A DNA stretch of 64,000 bases from Felis catus (taxonomy: Eukaryota): contig NC_058368.1 in the NCBI RefSeq assembly GCF_018350175.1, positions 59,522,001 to 59,586,000 on the forward strand. Direction: 5' to 3'. The notes beneath the pieces were generated by a model. That model saw only the letters and a list, made by a program, of their open reading frames with translations, did no database searches and had not been told where the DNA came from. How positions within the stretch are numbered: the stretch's first letter is position 1; every line of letters starts with the position of its first letter. Shown piece by piece: positions 36,770 to 51,598 of this stretch. The position numbers and the translations under genes were made by a program.

Positions 36770-36969
36770 ATTTTTTTAACGTTTATTCATTTTTTGATAG
36801 ACCGTGAGTGGGGGAGGGGCAGAGAGAGAGGGAGACACAGAATCCGAAGCAGCCTCCCGGCTCTGAACTGACAGCACAGAGCCTGATGCAGGGCTCGAAC
36901 TCACGGACCGTGAGAACATGACCTGAGCTGAAGTCTGATGCCCAACCGAGTGAGCCACCCAGGTGCCCC
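36770..36969 (-). mobile_element. Can-SINE in the L1 tail
   Basis: 17-bp TSD tcaggtttttatttaaa at 36753-36769 and 36971-36987. Confidence 0.95.
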
Positions 36970-39900
36970 ATCAGGTTTTTATTTAAATTCCAGTTAGTTA
37001 ACATAGTGTAATATCAGTTTCAGGTATAAAGTTTAGTGGTTTATCGCTGCTATACAACACTCAGTGCTCATCACAACTGCCCTCCTTAATGCCCATCACC
37101 CATTTAACCCATCCCCCTGCCCATCTCCCTTCTAACAATCCTCAGTTTGTTCTCTATAGTTAAGAGTCTGTTTTATGGTCTGCCTCTTTCTTTTTTTCCT
37201 TCCATGTTCGTTTGTTTTATTTCTTAAATTCGACATATGAGTGAAATCATATGGTATTTGTCTTTGACTGACTTACTTCACTTAGCATAATACTCTCTAG
37301 CTCCATCCATGTTATTGCAAATGGAAAGGTTTCATTCTCTTTGATGGCTGAGTATATTCCATTGTGTATATATACTACCGCTTTTTTATCCATTCATCAG
37401 TCTATAGACATTTGGGCTGTTCCTATAATTTGGCTGTCATTGATAATGCTGCTATAAACATTGGGGTGTAAGTATCCCTTTGAATTAGTATTTTTGTGTC
37501 CTTTGGGTAAATACCTAGTAGTCCAATTGATGATGGGTCATACAGTAGTTCTATTTTTAACTTTATTAGGAACCTCCATATTGTTTTTCAGAGTGGCTGT
37601 GCCAGTTTGCATTCCCACCAATAGTTGGCATCCTCACTGATAATTGGTTGTTTCCTGTGTTATTAATTGTAGCCATTCTGACAGGTGGGAGGTGATATCT
37701 CCTTGTAGTTCTGATTTGTATTTACCTGATGATGAGTGATGCTGAGCATCTTTCCATGTGTCTGTTAGCTATCTGTGTGTCTTTGGAAAAATGCCTATTT
37801 ATGTTTTTTGCTCAGTTTTTAACTGGATTATTTGGTTTTTGGGTGTTGGCTTTGGTAAGTTCTTTATATATTTTGGATACTAACCCTTTATCAGATATGT
37901 CATTTGCAAAATCTTCCATTCAAAGGTTGCCTTTTGGTTTTATTGATTGTTTCCCTCTCTGTGCAGAAGCTTTTTATCTTGATGGAATCCCAATAGTTTG
38001 TTTTTGTTTTACTTTCCCTTGCCTGAGGAGACATCTAGAAAAATTCACCTACAGCCAATATTAAAGAAATTACTATCTGTGGTTTCTTCTAAAACTTTTA
38101 TGGTTTTACGTCTCATATTTAGGCATATAATCCATTTTCAGCTTATTTTTGTGTATTATGTGAGAAAGCCTTTCAGTTTCATTCTTTTGCGTGTAGCTGT
38201 CCAATTTTCTCAACACTGTGACACTTTTTCCTGTTGCATATTTTTGCCTCCTTTGTCATAGATTAATGGACCATAAAATCATGGGTTTATTTCTGAGCTC
38301 TCTATTCTGTTCCACTGATCTGTTCTATTTTTGTGCTAGTACCATGCTGTTTTGATTACTATAGCTTTGTAGTGTATCTTGAAATCTGGGATTGTGATAC
38401 TTCCAGTTTTGTTTTTCTTGTTCAAGATTGCTTTGGCTGTTTGGAGTCTTTTGTGGTTGCATACAAATTTTAAGATTTTTTATTCTAGTTCTCTGAAAAC
38501 TGTTTTTGGTATTTTGATAGGGATTGCATTGAATGTGTAGATTGCTTTTGGTAGTATGGACATTTTAACAATAATTTTTCTGCCAAACCATGAGCATGGA
38601 ATATCTTGCTATTTCTTTGTGTTCTTCAGTTTCTTTCATCAATCCTATATTGTTTTGAAAGTACAGGTGTCTCACTTCCTTGGTTAAGTTTATTCCTAGA
38701 TATTCTATTATTTTGGTGTAATTGTAAATGGGATTGTTTTCTTAAATACTCTTTCTGCTGCTTCGTTATAATGTCTAGAAATACAGTTAATTTCTGTATA
38801 TTGATTTTCTATCCTGAAACTTTGCTGAATTCATTTATCAAGTCTAGTAGTTTTTTTGATGGAGTCTTGGGTTTTCTGTATATAATATCATGCCATCTGC
38901 AGATTGTGAAAGTTTTACTCCTTCCTTGCCAATTTGGATGCTTTTTATTTCTTTTTCTTGTCTACTACTATCGCTAGGACTTCCAGTACTATATTGAATA
39001 AAAGAGGTAAGAGTGGACATCCTTGTCTTGTTTCTCATGTTAGGGGAAAAGCTCTGTTTTCCTCATTGACTATGATATTCACTGTGGGTTTTCATATATG
39101 GCCTTTATTATGTTGAGGAATGTTCTGTTTCCTCACAACCTACTATATTGAGAGGTGTTTTTTTTTTTATAATTATTGGATGTTGTACCTTTTCAAATAC
39201 TTTTTCAATATCTATTGAAATGATCATATGATTTTTATCCTTTCCTTTTTTAATGTGATGTATCACATTGATTGCAATATGGATCTACCTTTGCATCTCT
39301 GGAATAAATCTTACTTGATCATGCTGAATGATTTTTTTAATATATTGTTGGATTTGGTTTGCTAATATTTTATTGATGGTTTTTGCATTTGTGTTCATCA
39401 TAGATATTGGTTTTTAATTCTCTCTCTCTGTTTGTAGTATATTTTCTGATTTTGGTAGAAGGGTAATGTTGGCCTCAGAATGAATTTGAAAGCTTTCTTT
39501 CCTCTTCTATTTCTTAAAATAGTTTGAGAAGAATAGGTATTAAAGCTTTAAATGTTTGGTAGAATTAACCTGTGAAACTTCTGGTGCTAGACTTTTGTTT
39601 GTTGGGAGTTTTTTGATTACTGTTTCAATTCCATTGCTGGAAGTTGGTCTGTTCTAATATTCTGTTTCTCCCTTGCTAAGTTTTGGGAGGTTATTATGTT
39701 TCTAGAAACTTATCCATTTCTTCTAGGGGCCAAATTTGTTGGCATATAACTTTCATAATATTATTTTGTAATCTTTTGTATTTCTGTCATGTCGATTGTT
39801 TTTTCTCTTTCATTTTTTATTTTGTTTATTGGAGTTCTCCTCTCTCTCTCTCTCTCATTCTCACTCTCTCTTTTGTGAAACTGGCTGAAAGTTTATCAAT

Positions 39901-40929
39901 TTTGTTGATCTTTTCAAAGAACCAGCTTCTAGTTTCATGGATCTGTTTTATTGTATTTTAGTTTCTGTTTCATTTTTTTCTGGTCTAATTTTTATTAATT
40001 CTTTCTATTAGATTTGCATTTTGTTGTTTTTGTTCTAGCTCCTTTTGATATAAGATTAAGTTATTTATTTCAGATTTCTCTTGCTTCTTGAGGTAGACCT
40101 CTGTTGCTAAAAATTGAACATTCATAACAGCTTCTGCTGCATTCCAAAGATGTTGGACTTTTGTGTTTTCATTTCATTTATTTCCATGTGTTTTTGATTT
40201 CCTCTTTGATTTCTTGGTTGACCCATTCATTGTTTAGTAGCATTTTATTTAACCTCTATGTATTTGTGTTCTTTCCAGATTTTTCTCTTGTGATCGATTT
40301 TTAGTTTTGTAGCATTGTGGAGAAAAGGTGCATGGTATGGCTTTAGTCTTTTTGAATTTGTTGAGACTTGTTTTGTGGACTAATATATAATCTATTCTGG
40401 AGAATTTTCAATGTGCACTAGAAAAGAATGTGTATTCTGCTATTTTGGCATGAAATGTTCTGGATATGTCTGTTAGATCCATCTGGTACACTGTTTCACT
40501 CAAAGCCACTGTTCCCTTGTTAATTTTCTGTTTGGATATTTTATCCATTGATGTAAATGGGGTGTTAAAGTCCCCTCCACTATTGTATTACTTTGAGTTA
40601 TTTTCTTTCTGTTATTAGTGGCTTTATGTATTGGGGTGTTTACATGTTAGGTGCATAAATATTTACAATTGTGATATTTTCTTGTTGGATTATGCCCCTT
40701 ATGATTATATAGTGTCCTTGTTTGTCTCTTGTTACAGTCTTTGTTTTAAACTTCATTTTGTCCTATATAAATATTGCTACCCTAGCTTTCTTTCACATTC
40801 ATTTGCATGATAAATGTTTATCAACTCTTCACTTTCAGTCTGCATGTTTTTTACATCTGAAATGAGTCTCTTGTAGGTGGCATATAGATGAGTCTTGTTT
40901 TTGTATCCATTCCATCATCCTAGGTCTTT

Positions 40930-41141
40930 TTTTTAATGTTTATTTATTTATTTTGAGAGAGAGAGTACACAAGCAGGAGAGGGGGCAGAGAGAGAAAGAG
41001 AGAAAGAGAGAGGGAATCCCAAGCAGGCTTTGCACTGTCAGTGCAGAGCTCAATGTGGGGCTCGATCCCATGAACCCTGAGATCATGACCAGAGTTTAAA
41101 TTAAGAGTTGGATGCTTAACCTACTGAGTCACTCAGGCACC
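40930..41141 (-). mobile_element. Can-SINE inside L1 ORF2
   Basis: TSD catcctaggtcttt/caccctagatcttt. Confidence 0.93.
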
Positions 41142-42085
41142 GCACCCTAGATCTTTTAATTAGAACATTTAGTACATTTACATTTAAAGTTTTTATTGGT
41201 AAGTATGTACTTTACTATCATTTTGTTACTTGTTTTATGGTTGTTTTTCTAGTTCTTCTCTGTCCCTTTCTTCTCTTGCTCGGTTCTCTCATGGTTTGCT
41301 GGGTTTGTTTAGTGATATGCTTGAATTCCTGTCTCTTTATTTTTTTGCATACCTATGACCAGTTTTTGATTTATTGTTACCATTAGGTTTATATATAAAA
41401 TCTTATGCATATAGCAGTGTATATTAAGTTGATAGTCACTTAAGTTTGAACCCGTTCTTTATTTCTCCCCTGCCATGTTTTAGGTATGTGGTGTCATACT
41501 TTACATCCTTTTATTTTATGAGTCTCTTGCCTGATTTTTTATAGATATACTTAATTTTGCTGCTTTTTCCTTCCTGCTTTTCTTACTTCTACTTATGTTT
41601 TTTTCTTTCTACTCATTGTCCCCTTTAAGATTCCTTGAAGGGCTTTTTTAGTAGTCATGAGTTCCTTTAACCTTGTTTGTCTGGGAAATTCTTTACCTTT
41701 CCTTCTATTGTGAATGATAGCCTTGCTGAATAGAGTATTCTTAGTTGCAGGAGGTTTTTTTTTTCCTCCCCAGAACTTTGAATATATCATGCTACCCTTT
41801 TTGGTCTGCAAAATTCCTGCTGAAATATCAGCTCAAAACCTTATAGGATTTCCATTGTATGTAATCGTTTTCTTTCTCTTGCTGCTTTTAAAATTTTCTT
41901 TTTATCACTACTTTTTGATCTTTTAATTACAATGTGTCTTGGTGTGGACCACTGTGGATAAATTTTGTTGGGGGCTCTCTGTGTCTACTGGAAATGGATT
42001 TCTGTTTCCCTCACTAGATCAGGAAGTTTTGCAACTATTATTACATTAAATGGTTTCACTGAGTTCTTTAAATCTGCTCTCATTT

Positions 42086-42298
42086 TTTTAAAGTTTTATT
42101 TTTATTTATTTATTTTGAGAGAGACAGAGTATACCAGTGGTGGAAGGGCACAGAGTGAGACGGGGAGAGAATTCCAAGTAGGATCTGCACTGTGAGCTCA
42201 GAGCCCCACATAGGGCTTGAACCCATGAACCATAAGATCATGACCTGAGCCAAAACTGAGAGGCTAATGCTCAACTGACTGAGCCACCCAGGTGCCCC
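42086..42298 (-). mobile_element. Can-SINE inside L1 ORF1
   Basis: Reverse-complement SINE. Confidence 0.93.
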
Positions 42299-44231
42299 TG
42301 TATTCATTTATTATTAGTATTTTTTTTCCTATTCATCTTGATTTCCTTCCATTACTATGTCCTCCAGGTCACTGATCCATTTTTCTGCTTCCTCTAGGCT
42401 ACTATTTACTGCATCTAGTGTATTTTTAATTTCAGTGATTGAGTTCTTTATTTCTGATAGGTTCTTTATATTTTCTGTCTCTATATTGACAGTGTCACTG
42501 TGCTCATCCACTCTTTTCTCAAGTTCATTGAGTATCTTTATGACCATTACTTTAAATTCTCTTAACAGGCATATGACTTATCTCCATTTTATTTGCCTCT
42601 CTTACTGTTATTTTGTACTTACTGTTCTTTCATTTGGGACATTATCCTCTTTCTCCTCATTTTGTCTAATTCTCTGCATCTGTTTCTCTATGTTATTAAT
42701 ATCAGCTATATCTCCTGCTCTTTATAGTAGTGGCCATATGAGGAAATGATCCTGTAGTGCTGTGTAGTACTATTTTCCTATTCACCAGTACCTGTCACCT
42801 AGGGATGTCTCCTATGTATGTTTTGTTACTCCATACTATATTGTCTGATGCATGTTTGCCTTCAGTCCAGTTGTTTGCAGTGGCTCTTTTTGACTGCTGT
42901 GGAGAGGATTTGGTCCCTGTGTTGTTAATAGGATAATCTGACGCCACCTTGTGCTTTAGTTGATTTAGACCAGGTATTTCCAGAGACACACTATCACAAA
43001 ACTGTAGGGTGCTCTCCCTGTGTTTTCCCCTGAGAAGATTTCATTGGTGGGCAGGGTCTGCAGTCAGACCAGATGTCTGCCTCAGCCCACTGCTGGGGCC
43101 ACAGTTGGATTCGTGTTTGTGGTAAACTTCCCCACTCCCTGGGTCAAGAGTCACTTTGGGGTACTACTGACCTCTGTTGGATCTGCTTATACATTTCCAG
43201 GCTTGTGACACCCCTTTGGATGGGCTCTAGACAAGGGTATTTTGGAAAGGGCATGTCTATAGAACATAGGGGCAGGGTATATGGTATTAGCAAGGTTTTC
43301 CCCAGTTGGCTGCAGGATGGCAACTGGAACAGCTTTAGAAAACTTGTGCTACTGGCTGGTGGGGGCTGGTCCACAAGAGAACTCTGCAGTGAGGAGTGCC
43401 TTGCCAATAAGGTCTTTGCTGGTTTACTGCAGGAGGAGACTTGCAGCCATCAGGGAAAATTCCTATCAGACCAGCTGGGTTGTAGGGGTGGATCCGCAGA
43501 AGTAGATAGGTAGGATGCAGAAGAGATAGGATGCTCTTAGCAAGCTAGGTGGAGAATGTTGCAGTGTGCTGGTTCTGGCAGGTATCCTGTGTATCTGTAT
43601 TGGGGGCAGGGGAGTAAAAGGGTTTGTGCCCTCTCTTTTGTTCTTGTAGAGGTCTCCCAAAGATCCTTGCCCCTCTAGCTCAGGCTCTGAGATTAGTAAA
43701 TCAATTCCTGTATACTCAGGCATTTTTCCAACTACTGCTTCTCAGCAGGGATGTTTGTTGTGCTTTGTCTTTAAGGGTGGGGACTCTGCCCTCCCAGCTC
43801 TCCCAAGTCTTGGTGGCTGATTTTTAAATTTCTAGTTGTTACTCCTCACTCACTGTTAGGCCTCTGTGGTTTTCAAAGCCAAATGTTGAGGGAATTTTTC
43901 TTCCTGCCTTGGTTCCCCTGCCTGGGGGTCCTGCTCTTTTCCCCTTTTCACCCATGCCCAGTCCCTTCCCACCTCAGATAGTCCCAGGGGTCAGTTTGGC
44001 TTTGAGCATGTCTCTGCCCTTCCTACTCTTTTCAGTGTGACCTCTTCTCTTTAGCTGTGGAGAGTGCTTTTCCAGTCTTTGGGTCATTTTCTGGGTTATT
44101 GACTCAGATGTGTGTGTTAATATAATTCTATTCATGGGACAGGGTGAGTTTGGATCCTCTTACTCCATCTTACCTGGAAGTGGCCATACAATTCTTATAA
44201 GAAATGAAGTGCACATTACTTAAAAAAAATA

Positions 44232-44546
<315 letters not shown>

Positions 44547-45046
44547 AAAGTATGTATTGTATGTGAGACACTTAGAATTTGATCTGGTGAAATTATGTAC
44601 AAAAATTAGCTACATAATTATTGTGTTTTTCTGATATGATTCTCATGGAGCTTATCAATTATTTAAGCATTTCCCTCAAATACATTTTATATCTTTAAAG
44701 TTTGTAGTATCCAGAAAGTTGTGGTTTTGCTGACTAATGAATGATAGCTGGTATACTGGGCCTTTTCGTGCTACAGATAGATTCATTAAAGAACTTTTTA
44801 TACAATCTTCTAAAAATAATCTTTTGTTTTTAGCTTATTCTGTCAGAGAAAGAAACATAACATAGGTTTTGTTGTTTCCACTGATATTTATCTGTTCTTA
44901 AAATCTGGATTTTTGGGGTTTTTTTGATTTTCATAGATTTATTATGAGTGTTAAGAAACATAACACATGCTTAGATGCAAGTTCTTCTATTTTGTTTTAT
45001 GTTTATGTTGCAAGTATTTTTCATTCCTTTTATCATTGACTTCTTT

Positions 45047-48000
45047 TTTCTACTATGAAATTTATTGTCAAATTGGTTTCCATACAACACCCAGTGCTCA
45101 TCCCAACAGGTGCCCTCCTCAATGCCCATCAACCACTTTTCCCTCACTCCCACTGCCATCAGCCCTCAGTTTATTCTCAGTTTTTAAGAGTCTCCTATGG
45201 TTTGCTTCCTTCCCTCTCTGTAACTTTTTTACCCCTTCCCCTTCCCCATGGGTTTCTGTTAAGTTTCTCAGAATCCCCAGAAGAATGAAAACATATGGTA
45301 TCTGTCTTTCTCTGTATGGCTTATTTCACTTAGCATCACACTCTCCAGTTCCATCCACGTTGCTACAAAGGGCCATATTTCATTCTTTCTCATTGCCAAG
45401 TAGTATTCCATTGTATATATAAACCACATCTTCTTTATCAATTTTCAGTTGATGGACATTTAGGCTCTTTCCATAATTTGGCTATTGTTGAAAGTGCCAC
45501 TGTAAACATAGGGTACAAGTGCCCCTATGCATCAGCACTCCTGTATCCCTTGGGTCAATTCCTAGCAGTGCTTTTGCTGGGTCATAGGGTAGATCTATTT
45601 TTAATTTTTTGAAGAACCTCCACACTGTTTTCCAGAGCAGCTGCACCAGTTTGCATTCCCACCAACAGTGCAAGAGTGTCCCCGCTTGTCCACATCCTCT
45701 CCAGCATGTATAGTCTCCTGATTCGTTCATTTTAGCCACTCTGAATGGCATGAGGAGGTATCTCAGTGTGGTTTTGATTTGTATTTCCCTGATGAGGAGT
45801 GATGTTGAGCATCTTTGCATGTGCCTGTTGGCCATCTGGATGTCTTCTTTAGAAAACTGTCTATGCATGTGTTCTGCCCATTTCTTTACTGGATTATTTG
45901 TTTTTCAGGTGTGAAGTTTGGTGAGTTCTTTATAGTTTTGGATACTAGCCCTTTCTCTGATATGTCATTTGCAAATATCTTTTCCCATTCCGTTGGTTGC
46001 CTTTTAGTTTTGTTGATTGTTCCCTTTGCAGTGCAGAAGCTTTTTATCTTCGTGAGGTCCCAATTGTTCATGTTTGCTTTTAATTCCCTTGCCTTTGGAG
46101 ATGTGTTAAGTAAGAAATTGCTGTGGCTGAGGTCAGAGATGTTTTTTCCTGCTTTCTCCTCTAGGGTTTTGATGGTTTCCTGTCTCACATTTAGGTCCTT
46201 TATCCATTTTGAGTTTATTTTTGTGAATGGTGTAAGAAAGCGGTCCAGTTTCATTCTTCTGCATGTTGCTGTCCAGTTCTCCCAGCACCATTTGTTAAAG
46301 AGACTGTCTTTTTTCCATTGGATATTCTTTCCTATTTTGTCAAAGATTAGTTGGCCATACTTTTGTGGGACCAATTCTGGAGTCTCTATTCTATTCCATT
46401 GGTCTACGTGTCTGTTTTTGTGCTAATATAATGCTCTCTTGATGATGACAGCTTTGTAGTAGAGGCTAAAGTCTGGGATTGTGATGCCTCCTGCTTTGTT
46501 CTTCTTCAAAATTACTTTGGCTATTCAGGGTCTTTTGTGGTTCCATACAAATTTTAGGATTGCTTGTTCTAGCTTCGAGAAGAATGCTGGTGCAATTTTG
46601 ATTGGTATTGCATTGGATGTGTAGATTGCTTTCGGTAGTATTGACATTTTAACAATATTTATTCTTTCAATCCATGAGCACGGAATGTTTTTCCATTCTT
46701 TGTATCTTCTTCAATTACCTTCATAAGCTTTCTATAGTTTTCAGCATACAGATCTTTTACATCTTTGGTTAGATGTATTCCTAGGTATTTTATGCTTCTT
46801 GGTGCAATTGTGAATGGGACCAGTTTCTTTATTTGTCTTTATGTTGCTTCATGATTATTGTATAAGAACGCAACTGATTTCTGTACATTAATTTTTGTAT
46901 CCTGCAACTTTGCTGAATTCACGTATCAGTTCTAGCAGACTTTTGGTGGAGTCTATCGGGTTTTCCATGTATACTGTCATGTCATCTGCAAAAAGTGAAA
47001 GCTTGACTTTATCTTTGCCAAGTTTGAGGCCTTTGATTTACTTTTGTTGTATTGCTGATGCTAGCACTTCCAACGCTATGTTAAACAACAGAGGTGAGAG
47101 TGGACATCCCTGTCGTGTTCCTGATCTCAGGGGGAAAGCTCTCAGTTTTTTTCCCATTGAGGATGATATTAGCTGTGGGCTTTTCATAAATGGCTTTTAT
47201 GATGTTTAAGTATGTTCAATCTATCCTGACTTTCTTGAGGTTTTTATTAAGAAAGGATGCTGAATTTTGTCAAATGCTTTTTCTGCATCAATTGACAGGA
47301 TCATAAGGTTCTTTTCTTTTATTAATGTGATGTATCACATTGATTGATTTGCGAATATTGACCAGCCCTGCAGCCCAGGGATGAATCCCACTTGATCATG
47401 GTGAATATTCTTTTTATATGCTGCTGGATTCGATTTGCTAGTATCTTGGTGAGACTTTTTGCATCCATATCCATCAGGGTATTGGCCTGTAGTTCTCTTT
47501 TTTTGCTGGGTCTGTCTGGTTTGGGAATCAAAGTATTGCTGGCTTCATAGAATGAGTCTGGAAGTTTTCCTTCCCTTTCTATTTTTTGGAACAGCTTGAT
47601 AAGGATAGGTATTATCTCTGCTTTAAATGTCTGGTAGAATTCCCCAGGGATGACATCTGGTCCTAGACTCTTATTTGTTGGGAGATTTTTGATAACTAAT
47701 TCAATTTCCTCACTGGTTATGGGTCTCTTCAGTTTTTCTATTTCTGCCTGTTTGAGTTTTCGATTGTGTGGGTGCTTAGTAATTTGTCCATTTTGTCCAG
47801 GTTGTCTAGTTTGTTGGCATATAATTTTTCATAGTATTTCCTGATAATTGCTTGTATTTCTGAGGGATTGGCTGTAATATTTCCATTTTCATTCATGATT
47901 TTATCTATTTGGGTCCTCTCCCTTTTCTTTTTTGAGAAGCCTGGCTAGAGGTTTATCAATTTTGTTTATCTTTTTTAAAAAAAACAACTCGTGGTTTCAT

Positions 48001-48917
48001 TGATCTGCTTTACAGTTTTTTTAGATTCTATATTGTGTATTTCTGCTCTGATCTTTATTATTTCTCTTCTTCTGATGGGTTTCGGGTGTCTTTGCTGTTC
48101 TGTTTCTATATCCTTTTAGGTGTGCTGTTAGATTTTGTATTTGGGATTTTTCTTGTTTCTTGAAATAGGCTTGGATTGCAATGTATTTTCCTCTCAGGAC
48201 TGCCTTTGCTGCATCCCAAAGGGTTTGGATTGTTGTATTTTCATTTTCATTTGTTTCCATATATTTTTTAATTTCTTCTCTAATTGCCTGGTTGACCCAT
48301 TCATTCTTTAGTAGGGTGTTCTTTATCCTCCATGCTTTTGGAGATTTTCCAGACTCTTCTGTGGTTGATTTCAAGTCATAGCATTGTGGTCTGAAAGTGT
48401 ACATGGTACGATCTCAATTCTTATATACTTATGAAGGGCTGTTTTGTGACCTAGTATGTGATCTATCTTGGAGAATGTTCCATGTGCACTTGAGAAGAAA
48501 GTATATTCTGTTGCTTTGGGATGCAGAGTTCTAAATATATCTGTCAAGTCCATCTGATCCAATGTATCATTCAGGGCCCTTGTTTCCTTATTGATCCTGT
48601 GTCTAGATGATCTATCCATTGTTTTTATTGGGTATTAAAGACCCCTGCAATTACCACATTCTTGTCAGTAAGGTTGCTTATGTTTGTGAGTAATTGTTTT
48701 ATATATTTGGGGGCTCTCATATTCAGCGCATAGACATTTATAATTGTTAGCTCTTCCTGATGGATAGACCCTGTAATTATATAATGCCCTTCATCTCTTG
48801 TTATAGCCTTTAATTTAAAGTCTAGTTTTTCTGTTTTAGGTATAGCTACTCCAGCCTTCTTTTGACTCCCAGTAGCATGATAGATAATTCTCCATCCCCT
48901 CACTTTCTTTTTCTTTT

Positions 48918-48963
<46 letters not shown>

Positions 48964-51555
48964 TTTTTTTTATTTTTTAGTATATGAAATTTATTGTCAA
49001 ATTGGTTTCCATACAACACCCAGTGCTCATCCCCAAAGATGCCCTCTTCCCCATCAACCCACCCATCACCACTCTCCACTCCCTCCCACCCCCCCATCAA
49101 CCCTCAGTTTGTTCTCAGTTTTTAAGTGTCTCTTATGCTTTGGTTCTCTCCCACTCTAACTTTTTTTTTCCTTCCCCTCCCCCATGGGTTTCTGTTAAGT
49201 TTCTCAGTATCCACATAAGAGTGGACACATATGGTGTCTTTCTCTGTATGACTTATTTCACTTAGCATAACATTCTCCAGTTCCCTCCACGTTGCTACAA
49301 AGGGCCATATTTCATTCTTTCTCATTGCCACGTAGTACTCCATTGTGTATATAAACCACAATTTCTTTATCCATTCATCAGCTGATGGACATTTAGGCTC
49401 TTTCCATAATTTGGCTATTGTTGAGAGTGCTGCTATAAACATTGGGGTACAAGTGGCCCTATGCATCAGGACTCCTGTATCCCTTGGGTAAATTGCTAGC
49501 AGTGCTACTGCTGGGTCATAGGGTAGGTCTATTTTTAATTTTTTGAGGAACTTCCACACTGTTTTCCAGAGTGGCTGCACCAATTTGCATTCCCACCAAC
49601 AGTGCAAGAGGGTTCCTGTTTCTCCACATCCTGTCCAGCATCTATAGTCTCCTGATTTGTTCATTTTGGCCGCTCTGACTGACATGAGGTGATATCTGAG
49701 TGTGGTTTTGATTTGTAGTTCCCTGATGAGGAGTGACATTGAGCATCTTTTCATGTGCCTGTTGTCCGTCTGGATGTCTTCTTTAGAGAAGTGTCTATTC
49801 ATGTTTTCTGCCCATTTCTTCACTGGATTATTTGTTTTTCAGGTGTCCATCCCCTCACTTTCAATCTCAAGGTGTCCTCTGGTCCAAAATGAGTTTCTGT
49901 AGACAGCAAATATATGGGTCTTGTTTTTTGATCCATTCTGATCCCCTATGTGTTTTGGTTGGAGCATTTTGTCTATGTACATTCAGTGTTATTATTGAAG
50001 ATATGGGTTTAGAGTTATTGTGATGTGTGTAGGTTTCATGCTTGTAGTGGTGTCTCTGGTACTTTGTGGTCCTTGCACCATTTCACTCAAAGAATCCCCC
50101 TTAGGATCTCTTGTTTAGTGGTGATGAATTCCTTCAGTTTTTGTTTGTTTGGGAAAACCTTTACGTCTCCTTATATTCTGAATGACAGACTTGCTGGATA
50201 AAGGATTCTTGGCTGCATATTTTTTCTGTTCATCACATTGAAGATTTTCTGCCATTCCTTTCTGGCCTGCCAAGTTTCAGTAGATAGGTCTGCCACTAGT
50301 CTTATGGGTCTCCCTTTGTAAGTTAGGGCCTGTTTATCCCTAGCTGCTTTCAGAATTCTCTTTATCCATGTATTTTGCCAGTTTCACTATGATATGTCCA
50401 TGATATGTCACTATGATATCACATGCAGAAGTTTGATTCAAGTTACGTCTAAAGGGAGTTCTCTGTGCCTCTTGGATTTTAATGCCTATTTCCTTCCCCA
50501 GTTCGGGGATGTTCTCAGCTATGATTTGTTCAAGTACACCTTCAGCCCATTTCTCTCTCTCTTCTTCTTCTTCTGGAATTCCTGTGATACGGATATTTTT
50601 CTGTTTCATTGTATCACTTAGTTCTCTAATTCTCCCCTCATAGTCCTGGCTTTTTTTTCCTTTTTCTTTTTCTCAGCTTCCTCTTTTTCCATAATTTTAC
50701 CTTCTAATTCACCTATTCTCTCCTCTGCCTCTTCAGTCCGTGCTATGGCCACCTCCTTTTTATTTTACACCCCATTTATAGCATTTTTAGATCCTCATTA
50801 CTATTTTTTAGTCCCTGGATCTCTGTAGCAATAGATTCTCTGCTGTCCTCTATGCTTTTTTCAAGCCCAGCAATTAATTTTATGACTATTATTCTAAATT
50901 CTTGTTCCATAATATTGCTTAAATCATTTCGATCAATTCGTTAGTCTCACTACTTCCTGGAGTTTCTTTTCAGAATTCTTCCGTTTCATCGTTTTGGTTA
51001 TTCCCTGCGGTAGCTCTGAACTGCAGGGCACTTCCCCTGTGCTTTCCGGAGAAACTTGTGTTGGAGGCAGGGCCACAGGCAGACCCAATGTCTGCCCTCA
51101 GCTCACCTCTGGGGCCACAGTCAGACTGGTGTATACCTTATCTTCCCCTCTCCCAGGGGCAGGACTCACTGTGAAGTGGTGTGGCCCCTGTCTGGGCTGC
51201 TTGCACAATGCCAGAATTGTGGTGCTGCTTCGATTGGATCTGGCCAAGTGCGTATTAGACGGGGTGGATCTGCAAGGTGCATAGGCACAGGAGGTGCAGT
51301 ATTAGGTAGCTTTGCAATCTGTGGTTCCCTGACGTAGGGGCCTTACAGCACTGGGAGGGAGGCAGGCCCGTTCCAGGGATGGATCCACAGAAGCACAGCA
51401 TTGGGCGTTTGCGTGGTACAAGGAAGTTCAGTGATGGGAACTGCTTCCCTTTGGAATTTCATCAGGGGGATGGGAAAGGGAAATGAAGATTGCCAGTGCC
51501 TTTGTTCCCCCACCGAAGTCTGTCCTTCTGGGGCTCAACAACTGTCCTTCCCACT

Positions 51556-51598
<43 letters not shown>

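Larger units (their letters stand above)
36720..44181 (-). mobile_element. Older, essentially full-length carnivore L1 (decayed) carrying three SINEs
   Basis: Collinear 3'UTR (~36980), ORF2 (start ~41221), ~390-bp spacer, ORF1 (~41613-42660), ~1.5 kb 5'UTR ending in AAGATGG at ~44165-44171; no TSD found. Confidence 0.9.
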
